Shown: piece after piece, positions 10,310 through 21,938 of the stretch
Layout: each line of letters opens with the position of its first letter
Position numbering within the stretch: the first letter of the stretch is position 1
Origin: Harriotta raleighana
Lineage: Eukaryota
Length of the DNA stretch: 64,000 nucleotides
Reading direction: 5' to 3'
Assembly (NCBI GenBank): GCA_050575255.1
Contig: JBNZDD010013499.1
Location: 310,001-374,000, forward strand
Program-made: the position numbers and the translations under genes
The notes under the pieces: model-generated
Seen by the model: the letters and a program-made list of their open reading frames with translations, nothing else
The model's database searches: none
What the model was told of the DNA's origin: nothing

Positions 10310-12408
10310 CTGTATTGCATTAAAGGAAAAAAAGAAGCAAAGTGGTCAGAGCGATTAATAGAAGGAAAAAGAATATTAAAAAGATTACATACCAAAGCTC
10401 AGTTAAAAAAGGTATAAAATGTAGTTTGTAGGTACCAGTCAAGTAAAGCAGCATTATAACGCTCATCTCCAACAAGAACACCAACATTAACAAAAGGTCA
10501 CTCGTGAGTCAAATTTTGTTGCAGGAAATTGATTTAAGGCCACAAGGCAAGCTGATTCCCCATTTAGGTATCACTCACTGTATAGTTTGTCCGAGCTGTC
10601 CTGATGTTTATAATTTACATTCATATGCCCTTTTTGTACCAGGGTCGCAAAGCAAGGTTAGGAGTCTTGTAAGGAAGAGGAAAAATGCTGCAGAGTTCCA
10701 GATGACCTGCATCTTGTGTAAGGAGAAGTGGGGGAGCCCAGCAAGTAGTGTACTAATAATCAAGCTTGGATACTTGTACAGGGGATGTTTATAAACTCTT
10801 AGCCCGCACTAGAGTATTGTGTCCAGTTTTGGTTATCCCACTTCAGGAAGGATACCAGAGACGAATGAGCAAAGAATGAAGAAAATGGTCCCACATTCAA
10901 CCGAACAGAAGGTCAAGCGGAGAACCAACAGAGGTCTCTCCTCAAAGGGGTAAGAAGGGGGGAGATTGGGTGGATTGATATTGGAGAATATCCGGCAGAA
11001 TTCAAGGTGATTGAGGCAGATTCCACATTAGGGAATTAGAGTAGATAATCTGTAGGGATAAGAGGAAAAGGGACTGAACACATTGCACTTTTGGAGAGCC
11101 AGTCAGACTAGTCCTTAAGAGACTCACTACCTCCCTCAGTAAGTCATTTTTCATGTCCTTGCTGTTCCCTCAACCACTCGGACGTTTATTCATTAGTCAT
11201 TGCCTTTCAAACAAAGTTTGCCAACCCGACAGGTACCCCATTTCAGGCTTCCCTCCGCCCTCAAGGAATACAATTGGAATCTTATTTACCTTGCCTTATT
11301 ATTGCAATTGATCAAAATTCTGAACAAATTAATATAATAGATAACAGTTGAGTCTGGGTGAACTTCCAGAGACAAATGACATTCAACACGTTAGGACCAC
11401 ACAGTCCCCTTCAGTGCATTAACCTAAAAATATTTCAAAAAACTTCCATATACATTTCTGTTTGATTCTGTGGATTTCTCCACTGGGGTAAAAGTGGTTT
11501 GATGAAATGTAAAACTGTACCTTGTGGCTGCGATAAAGCAAAAAGTCAAGAAGCACAAGTGTAAACCACCCAGAAGGAATCTTTGTTGCCTTTCCTCCCC
11601 AAACTATACACCTTCAGTCCAAAAGAGACCTGCTCCTAAATGTCAATCAATGGCATTTTCAAATCAACTGCTAGAAGATAACTCCTTCACTGTGGTGGAA
11701 ATAGCCAACCTCCACTAAGTAGTTGACACTGTAGAACATCCCAGGCGGAGACCTTACCACACTAAGGCATGCATGTTGGAGATGTAACGTAAACTTCACC
11801 CCCATTTTTCTCTTCACACCCCTGGCTTGGCTCCAAAGAGGGAGGAAAAATCTCCATTGTGTTAATTGCGACTTTGAGTTTCCAAATTTCAAAGAAAACG
11901 CTCTGTTTCCCAGATTGTAAAATTCATGCTGACAATTTGGAAAATGCATTCAAGTAATAGAAAATGAAAATCACACTGGTGGATCGAGAATCAGCAACGA
12001 AGGACCAATGAGCAAAATGCTTTTCCGCAGACAGATGTACGTACACCAACAGAATTAGCACCATTTCATGCGCAGAAGAGAAAACTTGTAGAAATTGAAG
12101 CCACCTTCAAATACAGGAGCGGAATGAAGAATTGAATTAAGAACCTGCATCATGCACGGGCAGAGAACACTTTGGAGCACATAACACCAGACAGGAAGAA
12201 ATGCAAACTCCTCAGCCATTGCCAAACGTAGAGCATGAAGTATTCATATACAGTCCTAGAATTCAATAAATGCTTAATATTTACTGCGCATGAACTAACA
12301 TATCAAAACTAGATTCATAACATTAGTTATCTCTCTTAACATTAGTGAAGTTTAGTCTAATTTTAACATTAAGTGTGCAGGCATGTTAATTTTTTAAAAA
12401 GTACTAAC

Positions 12409-12840
12409 CTGTTCCCATATAGTTTCAGCCACATGATCAATGATTGTTCCAAATTCTCTGAATTCACCGGAATATTTAGTGTAAGCCCAGGTGCAGAGGG
12501 ATATTAGAGCTATGCCCATTACGAGGTTGCATAAGAAAGCTATAGTGTCCAAACCAATGAATCCAGTCACTCCTGAGATTATGTACATGGTAAACATCAC
12601 AGCAAAAAGTGTGGCAGGTGTACGTGCAGCATAAAAAATATTTTTGCTGTCATTGTGCTTGATAAAGTTTGCATAGTTCTCTTCTATTTCTCTCTCAAGT
12701 TGTTCCTGGTAGCGTAGGCAGAACTCCTCCCCACCCATTTTCTTCACTGATCGGAACTGTGCCACTGAAGACTGTTTCAGAGTCAGATGTTGTTGCTCCA
12801 GATCAGCTGGTGCTATGTAAGGCTTGTCTCCCCCACAGAA
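12409..12840 (-). CDS. ATL2: atlastin-2 exon 12 (three-helix-bundle end, two TM segments, start of amphipathic tail)
   Basis: tttttacag|TTC TGT GGG...CAG|gttagt; 432 nt; [15 protein letters not shown]...[18 protein letters not shown]...[12 protein letters not shown]. Confidence 0.97.
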
Positions 12841-13702
12841 CTGTAAAAAAAATAAACCTTTAGATTTTCATTTTTTTTAAAAACGTTTTGCACAACCAGC
12901 TTCGCATCAACTCTAAAGTGGGCCAATAGCAGCTGCATATCTCACAGTGTGGAGGGACCAAGGAGCTGATGTGGCTGCTTAAATCACGTGGGTGGATACG
13001 TGCAGCCACAAATCCTTAAGTGAAGCTTGAATTCATAGCTTTCTGATTCTGCCTTCTGACTCAAGAGGCAAAGTTGACAGCCTCTTTATCTCCAATGCAG
13101 TTTACATCTGATCTGTTTACTTGGGGTACTTTCAAATCTATCATATCCAAAACAAGTTCCTAGAAGTGGGGAACTATCCATTAGAATTGTTCCATTAACA
13201 TAAAATTCCCCTCTCTACAAAAATACCTTATGTTCCAATTCAAACTGAAAATCAATTCTTCAAAAATTCAATTACCATGTTAATAATAATAATCCTTGTA
13301 TTTGATAAAAGTGCTTTTCACATCTTCTAATGACTCAAAGTGCTTCACAGAATATATTGTGGTGAATCGACTGTATTTATAGGCGAAACGCAGTAGTCAA
13401 TTGCACACTGCAGTGTCCCACAGTCATAGATTGAATTACTTTTTTTGTTGATACGTTACTTTAAGCAGATGTTTAGAACATGGAGTCATGGCTAGCTCAG
13501 AGGGAAGAACGTTTGACCACCACTATCTATTTCCAGAGTCACTTTGGACTGGAGTTCACTCAGGTTGGGATACATTGCAGGAATCAATATTTGTAAATCA
13601 TGTGCAAGTCCTGTTAGCAAAACATTTTGACAACTCTAAAGCAAGCTAATTGACTGACGATTGGAGAATAAAGAATGTGGAAAAAATGCTGATACAATAT
13701 TG

Positions 13703-14080
13703 TCAGCTTGGCTTAGTTGGTAGTCATCTTGCCTCCGAGTCAGATGATTGTGGGTGAAAGGTCCACCTCAGGTTTTGGAACTAGGCTGACAAATCCAATG
13801 CAGTTTTGGAAGTGTGCTGCATTATTGGATGAGATGTTAAATCCAAGTCCCCTCCGCTCATTCAGATGAATGTTAAAAATCCCATGGCAGGGATTACTCT
13901 CGATGTTTCTCACCCTCCACAAAAAAAAATGGCAATTTACTGCCAGTTTATCAGACACTATTGCCATATTTGCATATATATATATATATATATTCACCAT
14001 ACTTTACAGTATATCCTGTGAAGCTCTTTAAGACTTCCTCCCGATACAAAAGGTGCTGTATCAAACGCAAGGATTATTAG
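13703..14080 (+). mobile_element. DeuSINE-like (SacSINE1/AmnSINE1 Deu core) element
   Basis: tRNA-like head followed by TTGGATGAGATGTTAAA...AAAAATCCCATGGCA, resembling the Deu-domain core as I recall it. Confidence 0.6.
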
Positions 14081-14148
14081 AATGTGTACATCAAGAAGAG
14101 TGCAATTTATAAGTTAGCATTACTTAATAGTTAGCTCTAGTTACATAC

Positions 14149-14220
14149 CTGCTCCATGGATTTGTTGTAGACATCTTTTGCTCCTGCAACAGCAGCAAGA
14201 TTGTTGGCTTCAGCTGTTGC
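14149..14220 (-). CDS. ATL2: atlastin-2 exon 11
   Basis: tttttag|GCA...CAG|gtatgt; 72 nt; ATAEANNLAAVAGAKDVYNKSMEQ. Confidence 0.96.
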
Positions 14221-14749
14221 CTAAAAAACAAGGATGACGTGTTCAAGCAACTTTCTTATCAATGTTCCCAAATCTAGAGTACTGTGAATAACCCATATTA
14301 TAAACATTTTCAGAAACCATTGGGGAGTCTCAGGGATTTGAAAAAGGGCTGTATGAAATCCACATCATTTGCTGAAGCATTCTCATATGAATACTTGCCT
14401 GGGGAATTGAGGATAAGCGAGATGGTAAAATAACGATATTGACTACATTTGTACACAACATTGCTTGCTACATCAGCAAACTACCAAGTTAATGCTTTCT
14501 GAAAGACAAGGGTAAATACTAATCATCGCTAATTAATGTCAAATTGCAGAAGAAAATTTTGATAATTAATTGCAGACCTCACTATCAGTCCTGAGAATCT
14601 AGACTCAGACATCAGGGACCTCTTTTAAGAAATACATAGAAATAGAATTTCAATTCCTTTGTGCCAAGAAGGCAATTTTCTCTACTAACATTCCTTGCAT
14701 TCACCTAAATATACTTTTCCGCTTCTCTTGCTTCCACTCCCACTGATTT

Positions 14750-15175
14750 TCTATGTTTGCCTGTCAGAAATAATGGCCCGGCTCAGCCAAAATTTCCTCC
14801 AACTTAATACACTCAAGACAAAAGCCATCCTGATTGTTGCTACCAATGTCTCCCATCTTCCAGCTCTGATCTCCTGTAACCTCCCTGGCTCCTCACAAAC
14901 TTCTTAACTGGTACACAAACTTTGGCCGAGTTCAGTCCCCAGCTTTCCCTTCTCCTTCATTCACCTATGTCACATCACCCCAACCCTTTTCCCATTTCAC
15001 AAACCATTGCTACTGAAACACTCACTCATACCGTTATCACATCCTGCTTAGATTTTTCCCACTCACTTTTCACTGGTCTCCTTAGCTTCCCCATTCACAA
15101 AGTGCAATTCATCCAAACCTCTGCTGCCTGCATCCTCAACCATGCAGAACTCTGCTCGCCCATCAACGCAGTCCT
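14750..15175 (+). mobile_element. L2-clade LINE ORF2 C-terminal fragment
   Basis: decayed peptides NFLQLNTLKTKAIL and ETLTHTVITSCLDFSHSLFTGL..IHKVQFIQTSAACIL, typical of the L2 RT C-terminus. Confidence 0.75.
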
Positions 15176-15204
15176 AATTGTTCAAAAATTTATTGAATCA
15201 GTAC

Positions 15205-15261
15205 CTGTAACATGGATTTCGGATGAGGTAATTCCTCTCCTTGATAAATTTTGATGTAAGC
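15205..15261 (-). CDS. ATL2: atlastin-2 exon 10
   Basis: ccttcag|GCT...CAG|gtac; 57 nt; [19 protein letters not shown]. Confidence 0.96.
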
Positions 15262-15639
15262 CTGAAGGAAATAAACAAAAGTTATTGTAGAACATTGTTA
15301 GGAGTTAATATCAAACTTCTAATGCCCCTCCAAAGATGCACCATGAAAATTAATCATGCAACTCGAATATTTTAAAGTCAAAAGTGGTTTTGTAATATGA
15401 ATTAAACCCAGAAGTATACTATCATTTCACGTCCTGGATTCACAGACTCATTGTAAGATAGTTGAATGCACATCAAGTTGTGGTGGTGAGGTTGGGTGGG
15501 TGGGTTGGGAGAGGAAATTGTGTAATGAGTTTAGAGCACCAGATATCATTCTCGGGATATAAATTGATCGAGTTACACCACACCATGATTACTGCTTACA
15601 GTTAAATGTTGCACAGTTCTGGTTACCGTGACATAAAGG

Positions 15640-16080
15640 AACTGTTCAGAATCTAGAGGTGATGCAGAGGAAAGCAACACAGGATCTCCAGTATTAGAGG
15701 AATGAGCTATGAGCAATGCCTAGACAAGTTAGTGCTCTTAAGTCTTAAGAAGACTCAGAGAGGACCTCAGAAGTGTACAACATTTTAAATGGGGTTGAAA
15801 AAATAAACCTAAATCAATATTATCAGATGCATCATGACAGTAAAACAAGAGGACATAGGTATAGAGTTGTTCTATATTCAGGATAGATACAAGGAAGTTT
15901 TTTGTCACTCAGAGGGTAATCAACAACTACCGCAGGTTGCCAGTAAATGTGGTAGAAGCCAGGACACTAAATATGTTTAAGCAACTTGATGCAGTGGCAG
16001 GGAAGAACAGTGGGGTCAGTGTTCTGGAGGGATGAGATCAGATGAGCTAAAGGGCCTTCATCTAAAACAATCTTGTGATC
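15640..16080 (+). mobile_element. CR1-clade LINE 3' fragment
   Basis: decayed CR1 motifs: CAGAGGAAAGCAAC, AGCTATGAG, AAAACAAGAGGACAT (KTRGH), TCACTCAGAGGGT. Confidence 0.75.
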
Positions 16081-16460
16081 CAAATTACAAGATTACACAA
16101 GATCTAAACTACTCATTCAATTTCCTGCAATGATTTGTTTATTATGCCTATTTCTAAATCCACTAACTAGATCATTTTGCTTGAAAGGAATAAGATGAAC
16201 TGATACAACAAGAAAACTACATTTATATAGCGCCTTTTATGTCGAGAGAAAGTCCCATGGTGGTAGAGAGACAGTATTCTGGAACCGACCTAGGAATGGG
16301 GAGAGTGGAGGATGGGGATGGGGGAAAGGGGGTTGTTGGAAAGCAGGCGACGGCCTTCAGGTAAATCTTGAAGGAGGCAAAGGATGAGGTAAGGCGGAGA
16401 AACTGCGGAATGGTTCTAGAGGGTGGGGACAGAATGGCTGGACCCCTGCCCAACATATAT

Positions 16461-17184
16461 TGTAAGATTATGGTTAAAATCATTGTTTGATACCCAGCTC
16501 ACTCAGCCTGCTTAGATTGTATGTGGTGGACTAGGAGCAATATCTTGATGTTAAGGAATGTGTTTTAAAACTTGGGAGATTAGGTCTGTGTGTTTGAGTT
16601 CTGTGACACGTTTGATATGGATGGATGTTGTTCCTTCCCTTATTTGGAAGATTGGGGGTCTAACAGTAATATGTGATATCCCTTGGATAGGACATTCTCC
16701 TGATTAATTGAACTATTGGTGCCTTGCAGTCTGTTTGGACAAGATCTTGAAAGGATTTTATGACGCGAATGTGTCAAGGAAGGACAATTAACTTTGAGAA
16801 GTGAACTTTCACACTTTGGATCAGAGGAACTCTCACATTCTGAGATTAAACCTTGATAACCTATGGGTAGGGTACCCTGTGGAAGGGAATGTGATTGGAT
16901 GAACTAGTCTGGGGATATGATTGGCTAATCGAATTTGGGATCTGATTGAACAAACAACCATTGAATTCCATTTTTAGTTGTAAGGGTCACATGGTCTAAA
17001 TTGGGGTATAAATAAAAGAGATAACTTTGAAATAGATGGGAGTTGTGTAGAGTCAGGACACTTTATGGTGGAATCGTTCTTGATTCCACGGTATATAAGG
17101 TCTCAGTTTTAAGAAAAAGTTAAGCCGTTTGCATTACTTATTATTGCACCACTGTATTGGATGTCCCCATCTGAAAGTCTTACT
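16461..17184 (+). mobile_element. candidate solo LTR
   Basis: TGTAAGA...TCTTAC(T) near-inverted ends, ATATAT on both flanks, repeated GATTGG boxes followed by TATAAATA near 17005. Confidence 0.55.
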
Positions 17185-17728
17185 ATATATTATATACACA
17201 CACACACACACACACAGTAAAACCCTGTTTATCCGTGACTCGATGAACCAGAAACCCCGTTAAACTGGAACCTCAAAAAAAAAAAGTCCTAATTCAATAA
17301 ACCGGAAGTTATCTGGCAGAACAGTGATGATGCATTTAATGAATCGATTGTCACACGTATTTCGGCTGGCTGCTTGTCGAGTCTAAACTCACTCCTGCTC
17401 CTTTTCAAAGTCGTGTTATATTTTTTACCTCTGTCAGGTGAGGGCTGACATTGCGAAGTTAAAGATAAATAAAGTACTAATACAATATTCTGTTATTATT
17501 TAGTCTATTATTAATATGGTATGTGTTATTTTTTTTAAACTCAAATTCTTTTTAAAAATTCTTTTATTAANAATACAATATTCTGTTATTATTTAGTCTA
17601 TTATTAATATTGTATGCGTTATTTTTTTTTTTAAAAAATTCAAATTCTTTTTAAAAATTCTTTTATTAAAAAGTTTAGTCAGCACTGGCCAGGTCCCGTG
17701 GATGTCGGATATATATACATACACTGTG

Positions 17729-17783
<55 letters not shown>

Positions 17784-17833
17784 CTCATCAAACTGAATAG
17801 TATATACAATTTACTGAGTATTCTTTTCCCTAC

Positions 17834-17961
17834 CTTGAAATATTCAACAAGATCTCTGCAAGTCACTTTAGATCCTCCTATTTCCTTCTCTACCAAGTAT
17901 TCAGGAGACAGCAGAGATGGCACAACGTTTCTGAGCTCCTTTTTGAAGTCACCATCAATAT
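17834..17961 (-). CDS. ATL2: atlastin-2 exon 9
   Basis: gacag|AT ATT...AAG|gtaggg; 128 nt; [43 protein letters not shown]. Confidence 0.96.
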
Positions 17962-18784
17962 CTGTCGGGTTAGGAGACATAATTTTAACAATTTACAAAG
18001 GATTGCAAGAAATACCATTGCTTATGTCGTGATAGGAGAATAGTTTTTAAGGCAAGATTTAAATTGAGACTTAATCTATAGCTTCATCAAATATTATTTT
18101 TTAGTGCCTAATCTAAAGGATTATGTAACCTTTAGAATAAGCATGCCAAAAGTGTGTGAGAAGCTTGATAAAGAAGCTTGTTCTTTGGGAAGCTAATAGT
18201 TTCACTCATATTTGGTCAATATTGTAAAATTGGATAAAATTACAGGTGTAGCTGTATTCTGTAACTTGTGTGTTCATACTCGCACATTCCAAAGACGTCC
18301 TCCGCTCCACAAAATGGGGGCGGAGGAGAGGAAAAGGGTGGAAAGAAAGAAGAAATTTCTTTATAGTCGAGTCCAATTCTGTTCACATTCACGTCTACTT
18401 CCAGCAAGGTTCATTGATTTTGGATCAGGAATCCTGGTCAACATTTGTCCAGCTCTCTGATAAACTAAAATCAATTACTATGGCCCAGTTAAGATGCGTT
18501 ACGGAACTTCTTGGTTTGTATACATCAATGAAGCAAATTTATCCAATGGGTTGCTGCAGCATTGATATCTTACACAAACTTGGGAGCTAAGTAATTTGTA
18601 CATTTCAGGTGAGTGCAAAGGCGGGTGATTTTTATAGAAGGTAAAGATTGGAAGTCTGGATCACTAGGCCCAGGAGAGCTGCAGCACTAACCTTTACTAA
18701 TAGGAATGGAAATTATATGGGCAATTCTAATAGTAAAAATTCCTCTTTGCATTTGATGTAATGGTTTATCACGTCAAAAGGATG

Positions 18785-19135
18785 CCTCAAAACGCTTTCC
18801 AGGATGTACAGAAAAAAGGAGTGACTATTTTGTGGGCAAACGGGGCAAACGAATTACACATGGCAATGCCCCACAAAAAGCCATGAAACAAATGATCAAT
18901 TATTTTTGAGAGTATTGCTGGCCAGGGCCCCAGGAGAAATCCCTTCTCTTTTTTGAACAGTGCCACGGGATCTTTAACGTCCACCTGAAAAGGTAGACGA
19001 GACCTGTTAACATCTCATCTGAAGGACAAATAAACCCAGCAGTGCACTGAAGTGTCAACTTAAAGACTAACTGTGAGGCTTGAACCCGCAACCTTCTGAA
19101 TCAGAGGCAAGAGTCCTAATTTGACACACTGACTA
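18785..19135 (-). mobile_element. DeuSINE-like element
   Basis: plus strand TGCCACGGGATCTTTAACGTCC...TTAACATCTCATC is the reverse Deu core; similar fragments at about 24620-24840, 25160-25310, 58560-58700 and 60860-61000. Confidence 0.6.
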
Positions 19136-19369
19136 ACGTAAACAAAGAAAGATATTGTAAGGTTCATAATCACTTTCATGCCATCACAAAACAAGGTCAA
19201 CCAGATCCCAAATCTGGTCTCAGCGCATTTAAAGCATAGTGGACCCACATACAATTGTCACCAGTCATCAAGCCGCTACAAGGAGTTATATCAGATGCAA
19301 GGATTGTTATCTTACACCGCATTGCAGAGGATCACTTTACAAATATTACTAATGAAAATTTGAAAGTAC

Positions 19370-19508
19370 CTTTCAATCTTCCATCAAAACTAGGATTGAT
19401 GGCAACTTTCAAACCTGGATGTGGCATCAGGAAGCAGGTGATTTTATTGAAACAGGAGTGTACATGTTTCCTAACATTCTGCAACTCTTCATGTTGGTTT
19501 TGTTTTAT
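19370..19508 (-). CDS. ATL2: atlastin-2 exon 8
   Basis: cccttag|ATA...AAA G|gtac; 139 nt; [46 protein letters not shown]. Confidence 0.96.
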
Positions 19509-20101
19509 CTAAGGGGAGGGAAGAAATCTATTTAAGAGGAAACACTCGATTAAAACCATTTTAAACTTCCTACTTGTACAAAGGATGACCTGCGGCATAA
19601 TGCATTCCCAGAATAATTCAGTTCACTGCAACAGTACTTACAGTAGTACTCAAACCTCAAGTTTATTAACTGAGCCAGAGATCAAGTGGAAAGTTTACCA
19701 AAAGGAAAAGCCTTTTTACCTTAGAAGAAATAAAATATAGTAATTTGAAGGGTACAATTTCAATTCAGCTAACTCATGTAATACACAGCAGTTGGGTCAA
19801 CTGAAATAGGAAAGGGTAGTTCACCTACCCCTCCATCTCAATCAGAACAGAGCTTCAGATCAGTTATAGATCTTATAAAAGAATGATCAGCAACACATTT
19901 TATATTAAATGCCATTGCATTCCTACTGTAAAATCTATCCGAAAAACTTGAAGCTTTTGGTAATCCCTAACCAGGGCACACTACCAAAGTTCAAATCCAA
20001 TTAACATTGAGTTAAACAAAGCAGCATACAAATGTTTAATAAGCATAAATCATTTTTAAAAAGATTATGCAAAGTGTAGAAGTCATTTCTGATCATCATA
20101 C

Positions 20102-20194
20102 CTCCAATCTTTTCTCCAAGAAGTTATTTCCTCCTTGCAACCCATACGGATGTTCATATGGATAACTCCAATCTCTTATTAAAAACATCAGGGT
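20102..20194 (-). CDS. ATL2: atlastin-2 exon 7 (G4 RD motif)
   Basis: tgtag|ACC...GAG|gtatga; 93 nt; [31 protein letters not shown]. Confidence 0.96.
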
Positions 20195-21047
20195 CTACAT
20201 GAAAAGAATGTGTAAAGGTAATTAAATCATTATCCTTCAAATTTGTTGGAACAAATAGGAATCACATACATGACATTTAAATACCATCGTGAAAAACTCC
20301 ACAAGTTTAATCTAATAAATTCATAGTCAAGAACAAAATGATGATGGAAGTCACATGGTGGTTTCGATACTATGCAATCCTGCATCTTCCACTCACACAA
20401 CTATTTAGTTATATTAAGCCTTTCACATCAGGAGGATGTCTCAAACCGCTTTAGGGGGCTTTGACGGGCACTTGAGCTGCTGCAGAGTGGAGTGACCAAA
20501 TACAAGGTTTTCGGTGGGTTTTTATGCAGGCTTTAAAAGGTGAAGAGGGGAGGGACAAGGCAGAGACTCTTTTGAGATAGAATTCCAGAAAGCTGGGGCA
20601 AGATGCCAAAAGCTTGCCTAACAATGATGAGGTAGTTTAGACAGGAGACAAAATAATCCAGGCATAGAGCCTTGCACATCAGGGCGTCACAAAGAGCTTT
20701 ACAGGATGTATTGTAAAGTGGTTCGTAGCAGGAGTCTCGGTATCTGAACATGATCTTGAATTAAATCTGTTGATGGATGGGGAGCCAGTGAAGGGAAGAT
20801 GGGGGACATTGTCTCCTGGAGCCTCTCCTATCATGACAGGTGCTATACAAATGTTATTTGTTGTTGGTGCATCAGAGGATATGAGTTGAAGAATTCTGGA
20901 CGGTCTGTAGTTTCTGTACAAAGGAGTTGAGGAGTCCAGAGAGTTGGGTGTTAGGATAATGATACTTGGATATGAAGGCATGAATAAGGGAGACCCCAGT
21001 CTTAACAACTGGTCACACTATCATCAGAATTCAGAATAGGATTGTAC

Positions 21048-21104
21048 CTGGAAGGGTTTTTCATAAACTTCCTCCATTGCCAGGCGTCCATACTCTGTGA
21101 ACAG
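21048..21104 (-). CDS. ATL2: atlastin-2 exon 6
   Basis: ttgcag|CTG...CAG|gtac; 57 nt; [19 protein letters not shown]. Confidence 0.96.
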
Positions 21105-21542
21105 CTGCAAGGGCATAAAAAGGTTACAACAAACCTAATTTGCATCCTAAAGAATTTTACAGGATCTATTATAATGTGGAGTGAACAGTTGAAATTTAGA
21201 TTGTCCACCAAAACAAACTCTGTAACCACTTCCCTACACTACCAATTCCGAAAATCTGGCTGAACTGAACAATCAAACTATTAAATCCACTGTCACTGCC
21301 TCCTGTTTCCCTTGAACTGTCATTGTCATTCCCAAACTTCATTCATTGTGATCTTCCCTATTTCAACTTTGTACCCCTGGGGAAATTCTCCACATGCACA
21401 GAGCAACAAGTGCTGTCTTGATCGCACTGATGCTCCCTCAAGAAATATTGATATTAACAGTCAAATAAACATACCAACATCGCTAATTATAGATTGAAAT
21501 AAAATACCAGTGATAATAGTGGATACTTAAGACTCAATATAC

Positions 21543-21593
21543 CTGCAAATGTTGCAAATCATCTTCCTGAATGTTCTGAGACAAATTGTATAC
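21543..21593 (-). CDS. ATL2: atlastin-2 exon 5
   Basis: ttgtag|GTA...CAG|gtat; 51 nt; VYNLSQNIQEDDLQHLQ. Confidence 0.96.
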
Positions 21594-21833
21594 CTACAAC
21601 ATAAATAAACATAATTGATTTATCTCCTTTTATCCAGCAGTTTATAAAATATACATACTTGGAACTACTCAAATGTTCTTTACATAACTCAAGCAAGTTA
21701 GATAGTGGATCACTGAATGACATAATTAACTTTACTATTAAAGGACAAAGTAAAGATCTCCATATATTAATATATGTCAAACATATTGGTGATAGAAGAG
21801 CTTTTACGTCAAGTTTGCGATTGTTTTGTCTAC

Positions 21834-21938
21834 CTGAACAGAACTGGTCATCGTGCTGAGAGCAAACACTGTAGCGCAATCCCTTATGGTTGATTGACTA
21901 TCAAATGCCCCCTGAGTGTCCATCAAAAGCACCGCAAC
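21834..21938 (-). CDS. ATL2: atlastin-2 exon 4 (G3 DTQG)
   Basis: tttcag|GTT...CAG|gtag; 105 nt; [35 protein letters not shown]. Confidence 0.97.

Noticed and set aside
17216-17725. second Tigger-like MITE starting CAGTAAAACCC; similar terminus at about 27300-27330
   Set aside because: matching second TIR and TSD not clearly identifiable, and the region includes an N duplication
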